Of a stretch of DNA of 64,000 nucleotides, positions 54,820-62,129 are shown in pieces. The stretch is from a virus (Duplodnaviria > Caudoviricetes): IMG/VR virus record IMGVR_UViG_3300037484_000776, positions 22,951-86,950 of that record; one strand, 5' to 3'. A model generated the notes under the pieces. It had not been told where the DNA came from. It saw only the letters and a program-made list of their open reading frames with translations, and did no database searches. A program made the position numbers and the translations under genes. Every line of letters starts with the position of its first letter. Positions within the stretch are counted from its first letter, which is position 1.

Positions 54820-55380
54820 TCAATCCGCACCTTCCAGCCACTCCCAGACCAGCCCCAAACAATCGTACAACCCATACTTATTGGGCTGCTTGGTCTTAAC
54901 TGGCTGAATACTATCTTGATCGTATACAGCAATCTCAGGGTTGCCCTGCACGTGGTCCCCACAATAAAACTGGAACTCTTCCTTTGTTGGCAAACGATAC
55001 TTCTCTCCTGTCTTGCCATTCAACCACTTAATGTATTCCTTAGCGTCCAACCAAGAAACATTAACAACTGGATAATCCCGCCAGTTGTCAGGACGGAGGG
55101 CCATAGGAAACTTAGGAAGCTCTCTCCCAACCTCTAAAGCAAAGATCTCCCATTGACCATAAGTAACAGGGGTCTCTGAGACTGCATAAGCTCTTCCAGG
55201 AATGTCAACCATCTTTAGCCCTGTAAGATCGGGCTCTTTAACGCTGCTTGCCACGAGCCTCACCCCTATTACGTCACTACAACAATCGACAAGAACACTT
55301 ATTACCATGGAGCTCTTAACTGCCGATTCTGGTCCAAAACTCCACGAGCCTCCTGCTATTGGCTTAATTTCACGCTTCAT
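54820..55380 (-). CDS. FGE-sulfatase (C-type lectin fold) core, circularly permuted or split
   Basis: SETPVT..QW, PVVNVSWLDA..Y..WL, YRLPT.EE, PN.YGLYD..GLVWEW, then stop; a GGSW...GVRLV cassette sits at the N-terminus. Confidence 0.82.
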   Translation of the reverse strand: MKREIKPIAGGSWSFGPESAVKSSMVISVLVDCCSDVIGVRLVASSVKEPDLTGLKMVDIPGRAYAVSETPVTYGQWEIFALEVGRELPKFPMALRPDNWRDYPVVNVSWLDAKEYIKWLNGKTGEKYRLPTKEEFQFYCGDHVQGNPEIAVYDQDSIQPVKTKQPNKYGLYDCLGLVWEWLEGAD

Positions 55381-55387
55381 TTCGCTA

Positions 55388-55651
55388 TTACCATTTATTT
55401 ATGTTTACCTTGGGCATGTGCCACAACACAGCCCCTCCCTGGGCGTTTCTCTCCATCGCATCTCCACGACTCCCCTCAGCAAGAAAGATCGGCGTAGATT
55501 CTACTCCTACCTCTGACAAGAGTTCTACCCTCATCAGCCCCACAGCCTCCTTCATCAGTCTCTCGGTCGAGGCCCGAATATCCTCCTTGCTGGTGTAGGG
55601 TCCCATCGTCCTTACACCGAACAAATCGTACCCTCTTATGTAGGCTTTCAT
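55388..55651 (-). CDS. Hypothetical protein
   Basis: SD aaggaag. Confidence 0.5.
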   Translation of the reverse strand: MKAYIRGYDLFGVRTMGPYTSKEDIRASTERLMKEAVGLMRVELLSEVGVESTPIFLAEGSRGDAMERNAQGGAVLWHMPKVNINKW

Positions 55652-55660
55652 TTATCTTCC

Positions 55661-55855
55661 TTACTGTGAAAAAGCCAACCTATACTCGGTCTTTCCAAGA
55701 GCATCCAAAGAACAGTGCCCTATCTCAACAGTCTTTGGCCCTTTTTCAGACTTCAACCTCTTGACCTCCCTCCCTACTTCCTTTCCAGAAAACAAAGGCC
55801 AGATATAACTCTGGCCTTCAGCATCAGCGACCCGAATGGCATATTCTTGCTTCAT
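55661..55855 (-). CDS. Hypothetical protein
   Basis: SD gaggg. Confidence 0.5.
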   Translation of the reverse strand: MKQEYAIRVADAEGQSYIWPLFSGKEVGREVKRLKSEKGPKTVEIGHCSLDALGKTEYRLAFSQ

Positions 55856-55892
55856 TGCTATACCCTCTACTATGTATTTGCTGTTGCAATCC

Positions 55893-56861
55893 TTATTGCA
55901 TGGTAAGGGAGGTGTTGTATGCCTTGTTCATAGCCTTGGAAGACCCAGTAAGGTCAATAACAAAAGCATGAACAGTGCTACTCTCCTTAAATCCTAATCC
56001 TATCTTAAAGCTCATCTTCATTGAGGACATAAATTCCTTGCTTATGTCCGTGGCATAACAAGTCATATTGTTAATCGCCTTTACCTTGTCAAGATTTCCT
56101 TGCCCAGAACTAACGGTCTGCCCATCTTCTGCAACAAGAAGAGCTGAGAACTCCATAACATTAGGGCCCACAGCAATACCTGAGTTGCAAAAGATCAGCA
56201 TGGGCTCTTCTGGCTTGGGGAAACCAATGGCAACAAAAGTGTTATCACTCTTTATGAAGGCAACGTGTTGCTCTGCCTCCCATTTGCCGGTTATCTCTTC
56301 GCTTACCTGCTTCTGCTCAACATTGGTAACTACAGCAGGCTTAGCAACCTGTGGCACAATAGTCGGAGTGCTAGGCACACTAACAGCAGCTGCGCTAGGC
56401 TGCACCGAATTCCCATTAAAGGTAAGAGTGTTACTTGTGGTAGAAATACTCCAAGGCTCTATCTTTGACAAAGCCGACATACCAAGGAGAAATGGCCCGT
56501 CTACTCCAGGGATAGTAGCCGCAACAACGTTTGTGAGAGTAGTATTCCCAATCTTTAACGTCCTAATCTTAAACTCTACTGTTTTTACGGTATCTCCATT
56601 CCCTACGCCGGCCTCATCCTCTCCAATAATATCTCCCGTCTGCACCTTTCCAGTCAAAACAAGGGTCTTAAACACAGAATGCGGAACTAGCACTGCATAA
56701 GCTCCACTATCCACCTGGAAATCTACAGTTATAGTCCCGTTAACAGTCACCGGAACGGTTATCGCCCCACCCTCCACCGAGGTAAGAGGAATTATCTCAG
56801 CACTCACCATTGCTGGGATAATAGCCAAAGCAGTCTTCAAACCTAACTTAAACGTCTTCAT
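55893..56861 (-). CDS. Secreted clan AA (retropepsin-like) aspartyl protease with C-terminal domain
   Basis: Signal peptide (MKTFKLGLKTALAIIPAMVSA), VTVNG, FQVDSGA catalytic motif, LLGMSAL, P/S/T-rich linker and a second domain. Confidence 0.82.
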   Translation of the reverse strand: MKTFKLGLKTALAIIPAMVSAEIIPLTSVEGGAITVPVTVNGTITVDFQVDSGAYAVLVPHSVFKTLVLTGKVQTGDIIGEDEAGVGNGDTVKTVEFKIRTLKIGNTTLTNVVAATIPGVDGPFLLGMSALSKIEPWSISTTSNTLTFNGNSVQPSAAAVSVPSTPTIVPQVAKPAVVTNVEQKQVSEEITGKWEAEQHVAFIKSDNTFVAIGFPKPEEPMLIFCNSGIAVGPNVMEFSALLVAEDGQTVSSGQGNLDKVKAINNMTCYATDISKEFMSSMKMSFKIGLGFKESSTVHAFVIDLTGSSKAMNKAYNTSLTMQ

Positions 56862-56879
56862 TTGTTTTCATCCTAAAGC

Positions 56880-57050
56880 CTACCTAATACGTGCCATCTG
56901 TGCCGTTCTTAGCTCCTGCGCCAACTTCATGTCGGTCTCCCTGACTATCGCCCTGATCTCATCTAACTTGGCTTCATTTGAGCTAATTACTGCACCTTCT
57001 TCCTTTGCCTTATATGCCTCAACAACGGCTCGCCATCTTGGTTTATTCAT
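56880..57050 (-). CDS. 56-aa helical hypothetical protein
   Basis: Hand-translated MNKPRWRAVVEAYKAKEEG...; SD gagg. Confidence 0.45.
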   Translation of the reverse strand: MNKPRWRAVVEAYKAKEEGAVISSNEAKLDEIRAIVRETDMKLAQELRTAQMARIR

Positions 57051-57057
57051 AACAACC

Positions 57058-57645
57058 TCAACTTTCTATCTCATAATAACCAGATCCCTCTATCCCGAGG
57101 GCGTTAGCTTCATCTGTGTCCAAATGAATCTCTGGCACAGTATTCTCGTCTCCCTTACGCACGAGAACTCCTTCCAAAATGGCCGGCCTTTCCCCATGGA
57201 TCTTGGCCTGCACATAAGACCCGTCCTCTACCCCAAGCACCGTAAGCAAACGGGATGGCAAGTGTACGTGCCTCTCAGCTATAATCCCTGCCATCCTCTT
57301 GATTTCGTTACCATTATTTGCCAAAGTAACCTCGGCAGCCCCAGTCAAATCCCCTGAACTTCTTATGGGAACCTCCTTCCTCCCAACTTGCGACAACTGG
57401 GAGCGCAGCAACTCCACTTGCGTAACCGAACGGCAAGGCCCTAAAACCTTCAGCAGCAAAGGACGCCTCACCATTGGACCGCTAACAGTTACCCTAGTCT
57501 TGGACACAAAAAAGCCTGGCTGAACCAGGCTTGGGGCTTCAGGATCTGGAACGAGAACCGATCCAGACCCGAACAGATCCTCTAAATCCCCTTGACTAAT
57601 GTGGATATGTGCGCCAGATACGCTCGTTAAAATTCGAGAACTCAT
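57058..57645 (-). CDS. pduL: PduL-family phosphate propanoyl/acetyltransferase
   Basis: VSGAHIHISQ.DLE.LFG, QPG.F, GP, VLGP.R..TQVE, P.RSSGDL.G, RHVHL, GERP.I...VLVR and HLDTDEANA align along the whole PduL length. Confidence 0.88.
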   Translation of the reverse strand: MSSRILTSVSGAHIHISQGDLEDLFGSGSVLVPDPEAPSLVQPGFFVSKTRVTVSGPMVRRPLLLKVLGPCRSVTQVELLRSQLSQVGRKEVPIRSSGDLTGAAEVTLANNGNEIKRMAGIIAERHVHLPSRLLTVLGVEDGSYVQAKIHGERPAILEGVLVRKGDENTVPEIHLDTDEANALGIEGSGYYEIES

Positions 57646-57667
57646 CTTTATCTCCCCTCTGTTGATG

Positions 57668-57712
57668 CACCTAGACCTTAAAGCTAAAGCTAAAGCTAAA
57701 GGTCTAGGCGCG
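57668..57712. repeat. Inverted CTAGG motif pair around (aaagct)3
   Basis: gcacctagacctt...aaggtctaggcgc in the mazG-pduL intergenic gap. Confidence 0.7.
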
Positions 57713-57720
57713 ACTTTAAA

Positions 57721-58071
57721 TCAATCCTTTATAAAAATACCTTCCTTGGTAAATCCCTTGCGAACACTTATGATCAACCACGCTTCGTACAAACAACTAT
57801 TGAGAAACTCCTTGGCAAAGACCTTGCGGGCTTCTTCATCGTCGGGATACTTGCTCATTGCATAGCAAGACCCGAAGTTAACAAGAACCACCAGCAAATC
57901 CCCAACTGCATCCTCAATCCGACTACTGTTATTTCTTGCAATCCCTGCCGCCAGCTCCCCCAGCTCTTCCGTTAGCTTGACAAACTGCGGACGCAAGTCC
58001 GCAACGTGCAAACTACGCTCTGCACCCCACCCGATGACGTTTTCAACAAGCTCTTCGAACGTTGGCATCAT
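57721..58071 (-). CDS. MazG-like nucleotide pyrophosphohydrolase
   Basis: KLTEELGEL...EDAVGDLLVVL. Confidence 0.82.
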   Translation of the reverse strand: MMPTFEELVENVIGWGAERSLHVADLRPQFVKLTEELGELAAGIARNNSSRIEDAVGDLLVVLVNFGSCYAMSKYPDDEEARKVFAKEFLNSCLYEAWLIISVRKGFTKEGIFIKD

Positions 58072-58075
58072 CTCT

Positions 58076-58183
58076 TCATCCCCCCAAAACCCGCTTAACC
58101 AGCCGAACCCCTATCCTTACAATAAGGATAATAGCAACTATCATTGCTATGATAATGAGCATCTCACTAAATGACGGCCCCAT
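58076..58183 (-). CDS. 35-aa single-TM peptide (MGPSFSEMLIIIAMIVAIILIVRIGVRLVKRVLGG)
   Basis: Hand-translated; strong SD agaggag. Confidence 0.55.
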   Translation of the reverse strand: MGPSFSEMLIIIAMIVAIILIVRIGVRLVKRVLGG

Positions 58184-58365
58184 TTCTGTCTCCTCTTTTA
58201 CTATACATTTCAAATACAGACCTTATAATTACACGCCCAAGCATATAAGTTATGAGGAAGATTTCAACCGCGAGAATAACTACCATCCCAAGGATGATAG
58301 CTATTCCGCAAAAAGTATTTATCTCTATCTTTACCCCCTAAATTAAACAAGTCAATTTTTAACAT
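58167..58365 (-). pseudogene. Possible frameshifted small membrane protein
   Basis: ATG 58365 (MLKIDLFNLG) and a downstream TM-encoding frame (VKIEINTFCGIAIILGMVVILAVEIFLI...) join if one G is removed from G5 at 58334-58338. Confidence 0.35.
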
Positions 58366-58409
58366 AAACCTTGTTTTTCCACACGTTTTTATTTTTACAA
58401 CTGCTTGTG

Positions 58410-58562
58410 TTAACTATCTGCCACAAACTTGGCGGAGATCCGATCCTTCAAATACGCAATCCCTCCAAGGATTGCTCCCACTGAAAAAATCCCCGAGAGC
58501 ACGAGGATTGCCAAACAGGCAATAAATGCCACGAACCACAACACTGCCACAAGAATATCCAC
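58410..58562 (-). CDS. 50-aa hydrophobic membrane peptide
   Basis: GTG start with SD ggaggt; MDILVAVLWFVAFIACLAILVLSGIFSVGAILGGIAYLK... Confidence 0.55.
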   Translation of the reverse strand: MDILVAVLWFVAFIACLAILVLSGIFSVGAILGGIAYLKDRISAKFVADS

Positions 58563-58767
58563 AATAATTACCTCCAACAAGTTACCGAACTACCGACATT
58601 TCTCAACATTTACTAATATTTATCAAAGGCTTAGACAATAAATTCTCCAACAAAAGATGCAAAATCGCATCGGATTAAGTTTGGCAAAGTAACTTAATCC
58701 GATGGGATCTAACAGGCAAAGGCCGCTTTACACGGCTCCTTGATTTACCCTTGATGTTCGTTGCTTC

Positions 58768-58968
58768 TTATGGCCAGAGGTCAAACTCATCCATGCACTT
58801 TCGCGCTTGGTGATTGGCAGGGCATATACCCCACTCTGGGGGCATCTCGTCTCCGACATCTAATCCAGGACAAGAGGGCGCTTCAACGAAAATGTAGGTA
58901 CCATTAATCTCTCGCACAAGACCGCCGCCTTGTGTTCCCCATACCGGATAGTTGTGCTGTCTGTTCAT
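58768..58968 (-). CDS. Hypothetical protein
   Basis: ATG ORF, globular composition. Confidence 0.5.
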   Translation of the reverse strand: MNRQHNYPVWGTQGGGLVREINGTYIFVEAPSCPGLDVGDEMPPEWGICPANHQARKCMDEFDLWP

Positions 58969-58983
58969 TTATTTAATCTCATC

Positions 58984-59029
58984 TAGGGCTTGGTTGTTAG
59001 GGCTTGGTTGTTAGGGCTTGGTTGTTAGG
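58984..59029. repeat. 14-bp tandem repeat x3.3 (tagggcttggttgt)
   Basis: Units at 58984, 58998 and 59012, partial at 59026. Confidence 0.9.
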
Positions 59030-59145
59030 TCTTCCTTAAAGTCAAGGTATAGGCGCGAATCCCCAAAACCAGCGGATTTTTATCAATAGGGTCTTAGCTT
59101 CTCGATAAGACCCCTTTGATATTTTTCCTCCCCTCCTCCCCCTCC

Positions 59146-59406
59146 TCAATGGCGATAGCTGGGAGGAAACGCCCTTACCGTTCTCTTATACCGCCCCACA
59201 AGTATCTTTGTGGAAGCAAGAGAAGCTCTTGCTTCAACCAAAGTCTGCAAAACTTCCTTCGGCACCGTCTTTTCTCCATACTTTTCAACCGCTTCCAAGT
59301 ACTTCTTAGCAGCCCCATCACGGACCACTTGACACTCCTCTTGCTGCTCCTCAGCAGCGCAAAGGATCTCAAAAGCCCGAACGCGTTCTTTCTCAGACAT
59401 GATCAT
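59146..59406 (-). CDS. Helical hypothetical protein
   Basis: SD gagga; directly downstream of the tRNA. Confidence 0.5.
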   Translation of the reverse strand: MIMSEKERVRAFEILCAAEEQQEECQVVRDGAAKKYLEAVEKYGEKTVPKEVLQTLVEARASLASTKILVGRYKRTVRAFPPSYRH

Positions 59407-59449
59407 GACAATTTCCTCAAAATCAATGGGTTACAGGTTACAGGTTAAA

Positions 59450-59533
59450 TGGTACTCGGGGCGGGATTCGAACCCGCATGGCCGGAGCCGAGGGATTTTA
59501 AGTCCCCTGTGTATGCCGTTCCACCACCCGAGC
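59450..59533 (-). tRNA. trnL: tRNA-Leu (anticodon TAA) with encoded CCA
   Basis: GCTCGGG/CCCGAGT acceptor stem, D-arm GG, anticodon loop CT-TAA-AA, long variable arm, GGTTCGAATCC T-loop and ACCA end. Confidence 0.95.
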
Positions 59534-59927
59534 TTTCTCTTTAAAATCAATGCTAGGCGCGCCAGTCGGCAAAGGTTCCCATCCCCACCCCGACCTCTCT
59601 CAGCCCCTCGCGCAAATCAGCAGCAACCTCCGCACTATCCCATCCATTGCTGCAAAGATCGTTCTCTCCAGAACTTACGTGACGCATATACCGCGACAAA
59701 TTAAACTCGTTCTTCTTGTAGCAACGAGAATTGGGCTGGTTATGCCTGTTGTTATGCCCATTATTTTTCTCTTTACAGATCAATGGGCTAGGCGCACCGT
59801 CTCCCTCTCCCTCCCCTTCTAGGCGCGCCAACGACTTGTGCTCACCATAGGTCTTCATCTTGGTTCTCCAACCCTAAACCGACCTTACCTTCCCGACCGG
59901 TCTAGGATTTCTTTAGAATTCAAACGG

Positions 59928-60155
59928 TTAGAAGGAATACATGGGAGCCGCTTCATACCACTCCCACGCCTCCTTCTCCGCCTCCACCTGATGGTATTCC
60001 TCCGACGCCCTAAAGCTCTTGGAGCTCTCCTCAAACAAGCCAGGAGCAATCGAAACCATCTCCTCCAACGAACTATACCCCGCCTCATCACAGATTTGGC
60101 AAAGGAAATCTATCTGACGGTATTGCTGCATCATGTTCATCTCTCTTCTCTCCAA
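59928..60155 (-). CDS. Acidic hypothetical protein
   Basis: SD ggagagaag before the internal Met codons. Confidence 0.45.
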   Translation of the reverse strand: MERREMNMMQQYRQIDFLCQICDEAGYSSLEEMVSIAPGLFEESSKSFRASEEYHQVEAEKEAWEWYEAAPMYSF

Positions 60156-60214
60156 AATAAGGGATTTAATCCCGTTTTAAATACATTTAAGGTTGCCTAA
60201 AAGACAGCCTAAGA

Positions 60215-60252
60215 GAAACAAAAAAGGCAGAGAAGATTAATCCTCTGCCTTT
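60215..60252 (-). terminator. Intrinsic terminator
   Basis: Minus strand aaaggcagag-gattaatctt-ctctgccttt-tttgttt. Confidence 0.65.
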
Positions 60253-60271
60253 ATGCTTCTCTTGCGTTGTC

Positions 60272-60312
60272 CTTGCCCTTGCCCTTGCCCTTGCCCTTGC
60301 CCATGCCCTTGC
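60272..60312. repeat. (ccttgc)n hexamer run
   Basis: About 6-7 copies, one variant ccatgc. Confidence 0.85.
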
Positions 60313-60345
60313 GCCTATACCGGGAGGGGGCCCTCAAGAGCCCTC

Positions 60346-60579
60346 TCACCTCCTTGGTCTAGGCGCGATCCTAAACATCTCTCCTTGACTCCTCCTTGGT
60401 CTAGGCGCGATCCTAAACATCTCTCCTTGACTCCTCCTTTGACTCCTCCTTGGTCTAGGCGCGATCCTAAACATCTCTCCTTGACTCCTCCTTTGACTCC
60501 TCCTTTGACTCCTCCTTGGTCTAGGCGCGATCCTAAACATCTCTCCTTGACTCCTCCTTGGTCTAGGCGCGATCCTCAA
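60346..60579 (-). CDS. Candidate protamine-like Arg-rich repeat peptide
   Basis: (MFRIAPRPRRSQ[RRSQ]nGE)n with 26 Arg in 77 aa; every unit has aaggagag-ATG. Could instead be non-coding. Confidence 0.35.
   Translation of the reverse strand: MRIAPRPRRSQGEMFRIAPRPRRSQRRSQRRSQGEMFRIAPRPRRSQRRSQGEMFRIAPRPRRSQGEMFRIAPRPRR
60349..60576. repeat. 42-bp tandem repeat (4 full + 1 partial) with variable 12-bp inserts
   Basis: Unit cctccttggtctaggcgcgatcctaaacatctctccttgact at 60349, 60391, 60445, 60511 and 60553 (partial); insert cctcctttgact x0, 1, 2, 0. Confidence 0.92.
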
Positions 60580-61518
60580 TCATGAGTCCATGTTATCTGG
60601 AGAATACCGGACATCCCCTTCCACCTCCTTGGGCTTCCAACTCCTTATAACCTCAATTTTTACATGGTTCGAGCTAGGCCCAAAAACCCCGCCTCCCCAA
60701 GTATCTTGAACCTTTACCCACTCTTCCATCGCAGCTTCGCTTCGTGCCAAGACCTCAAGCAAAGTACTGTAATACTTGTCCTCCCTGTCTATCCAAAGCA
60801 GGTAACCTATCGCCAATTCCTTTATGGCAAAGGTTCCATACTTGCCCTTAGAAAAAACCGGCGCACCTTCTTCCAATTCCATACCCCTGCCCTTAAACAC
60901 CGCTACAACTCCCTTTGTTACTTCGTTCTTGAAGTAGTACCCTGGCCCTCGGTTTATGCTAAACCTTCCAATAGTATGCAGATCTGTAAGGTTATAATAA
61001 CCTAGATACTCCCTACAATATACTCCCATCAAGTTTACAAAAGGAAGATCCATATCGTAAATTAACTTATAAGCTATATCAGCTTTAGTTCCGACTTCAT
61101 AAGGAGATAAGTCCACGTTAAACCCCCGTACCTGTTTCAAATGTTCTACACTAAGCCCATGCCCATACCCTTTTCCAGCAAAATCCCCGCACCCGGTAGG
61201 ATCCATAGGTGTCTCGGGTAGGGCAAAAGAAGCCATCTCCCTCTCGTGCGTCTTACTTGGCCTGATTATTGTCTTCACTTCTTTTTGGTGGCCCATAAGC
61301 CTTTTCCAAGGAGGAACTCCCCAGTCCGTGCTAAAGCCCTTCTCCCCTGCCCCTGCCCCTGCCCCTGCCCCCACTCCTTGGGCAAGGGCGTCCTTCTTAG
61401 CTTCAAGCTCGATCCTCTCTAATGCGGCGTATCCTCTATATGCACCAGTCCTTTTATTCTTGGCAACGCATCTGCCAACAAGGTTCTTCCTTAGAAGTTT
61501 CTCTATATCTATAGTCAT
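60580..61518 (-). CDS. 312-aa hypothetical protein
   Basis: SD gaggt, long ORF with GAGAGAGAG linker; no family recognised. Confidence 0.7.
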   Translation of the reverse strand: MTIDIEKLLRKNLVGRCVAKNKRTGAYRGYAALERIELEAKKDALAQGVGAGAGAGAGEKGFSTDWGVPPWKRLMGHQKEVKTIIRPSKTHEREMASFALPETPMDPTGCGDFAGKGYGHGLSVEHLKQVRGFNVDLSPYEVGTKADIAYKLIYDMDLPFVNLMGVYCREYLGYYNLTDLHTIGRFSINRGPGYYFKNEVTKGVVAVFKGRGMELEEGAPVFSKGKYGTFAIKELAIGYLLWIDREDKYYSTLLEVLARSEAAMEEWVKVQDTWGGGVFGPSSNHVKIEVIRSWKPKEVEGDVRYSPDNMDS

Positions 61519-61539
61519 AAAATTTACCTCATTTTTTAT

Positions 61540-62118
61540 CTAGTCCCATCTAGTCCCATCTAGTCCCATCTCGCGCCTAGTCCTTCACCTTGCCCTTGCC
61601 ACCCTACACCCTACCTTGCCCCACGAACTAGGCCCGTCTACCCTACCTTGCCCCACGGACTAGTCCTAGTCCTAGTCCTAGTCCTAGTCCATGGGCAAGA
61701 CAGGGTACATTGCCATCCTCCTTCCTCCATAGCTACGCCGGGGAGGGCAAAGTACATTGCTGCTCTGCCCTGCCCAAGGCGCGCCTACCTGGTCTAGGCG
61801 CGTCGGGGAGGGCAAGGTACATTGCTATCCTAGATAGCCAAGGACTAGGCGCACCTACCTGGTCTAGGTGCACCTAGATAGCCAAGGACTAGGTGCGCCT
61901 AGTCCAGGTAGGCGCACCTACCTGGTCTAGGCGCACCTACCTGGACTAGGCGCGCCTACCTGGTCTAGGACTAGGCGCACCTACCTGGACTAGGCGCGAG
62001 GAAGGGACAAGGGCCTTACCAAGGACTAGGCGCGCCTACCTGGTCTAGGCGCGCCTAGATAGCCAAGGACTAGGCGCACCTAGATAGCCAAGGACTAGGC
62101 GCGTCGGGGAGGGCAAGG
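61540..62118. repeat. Left array of CTAGG(C/T)GC motifs and short tandem repeats
   Basis: (tagtcccatc)3, (ctagtc)n, many ctaggcgc(a/g)ccta units and a 16-bp palindrome TCTAGGCGCGCCTAGA at 62044-62059. Confidence 0.9.
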
Positions 62119-62129
62119 CATCTTATCAG

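Noticed and set aside
54423-55380. Diversity-generating retroelement
   Set aside because: No reverse transcriptase or Avd in the window. The two cassettes differ at all base types rather than only at adenines, so they are not a TR/VR pair.
59450-59533. tRNA as attachment site / prophage boundary
   Set aside because: No integrase and no duplicated tRNA 3' end were found by eye; flanks on both sides look phage-like.
59553-59858. 101-aa minus-strand ORF
   Set aside because: Low-complexity, overlaps CTAGG motifs and has competing short frames; not confident enough to call.
60253-60585. Plus-strand CP/PPWSRRD repeat ORF
   Set aside because: It is open only because the repeat units are multiples of three and stop-free; TTG start, no SD, and opposite to the local transcription direction.
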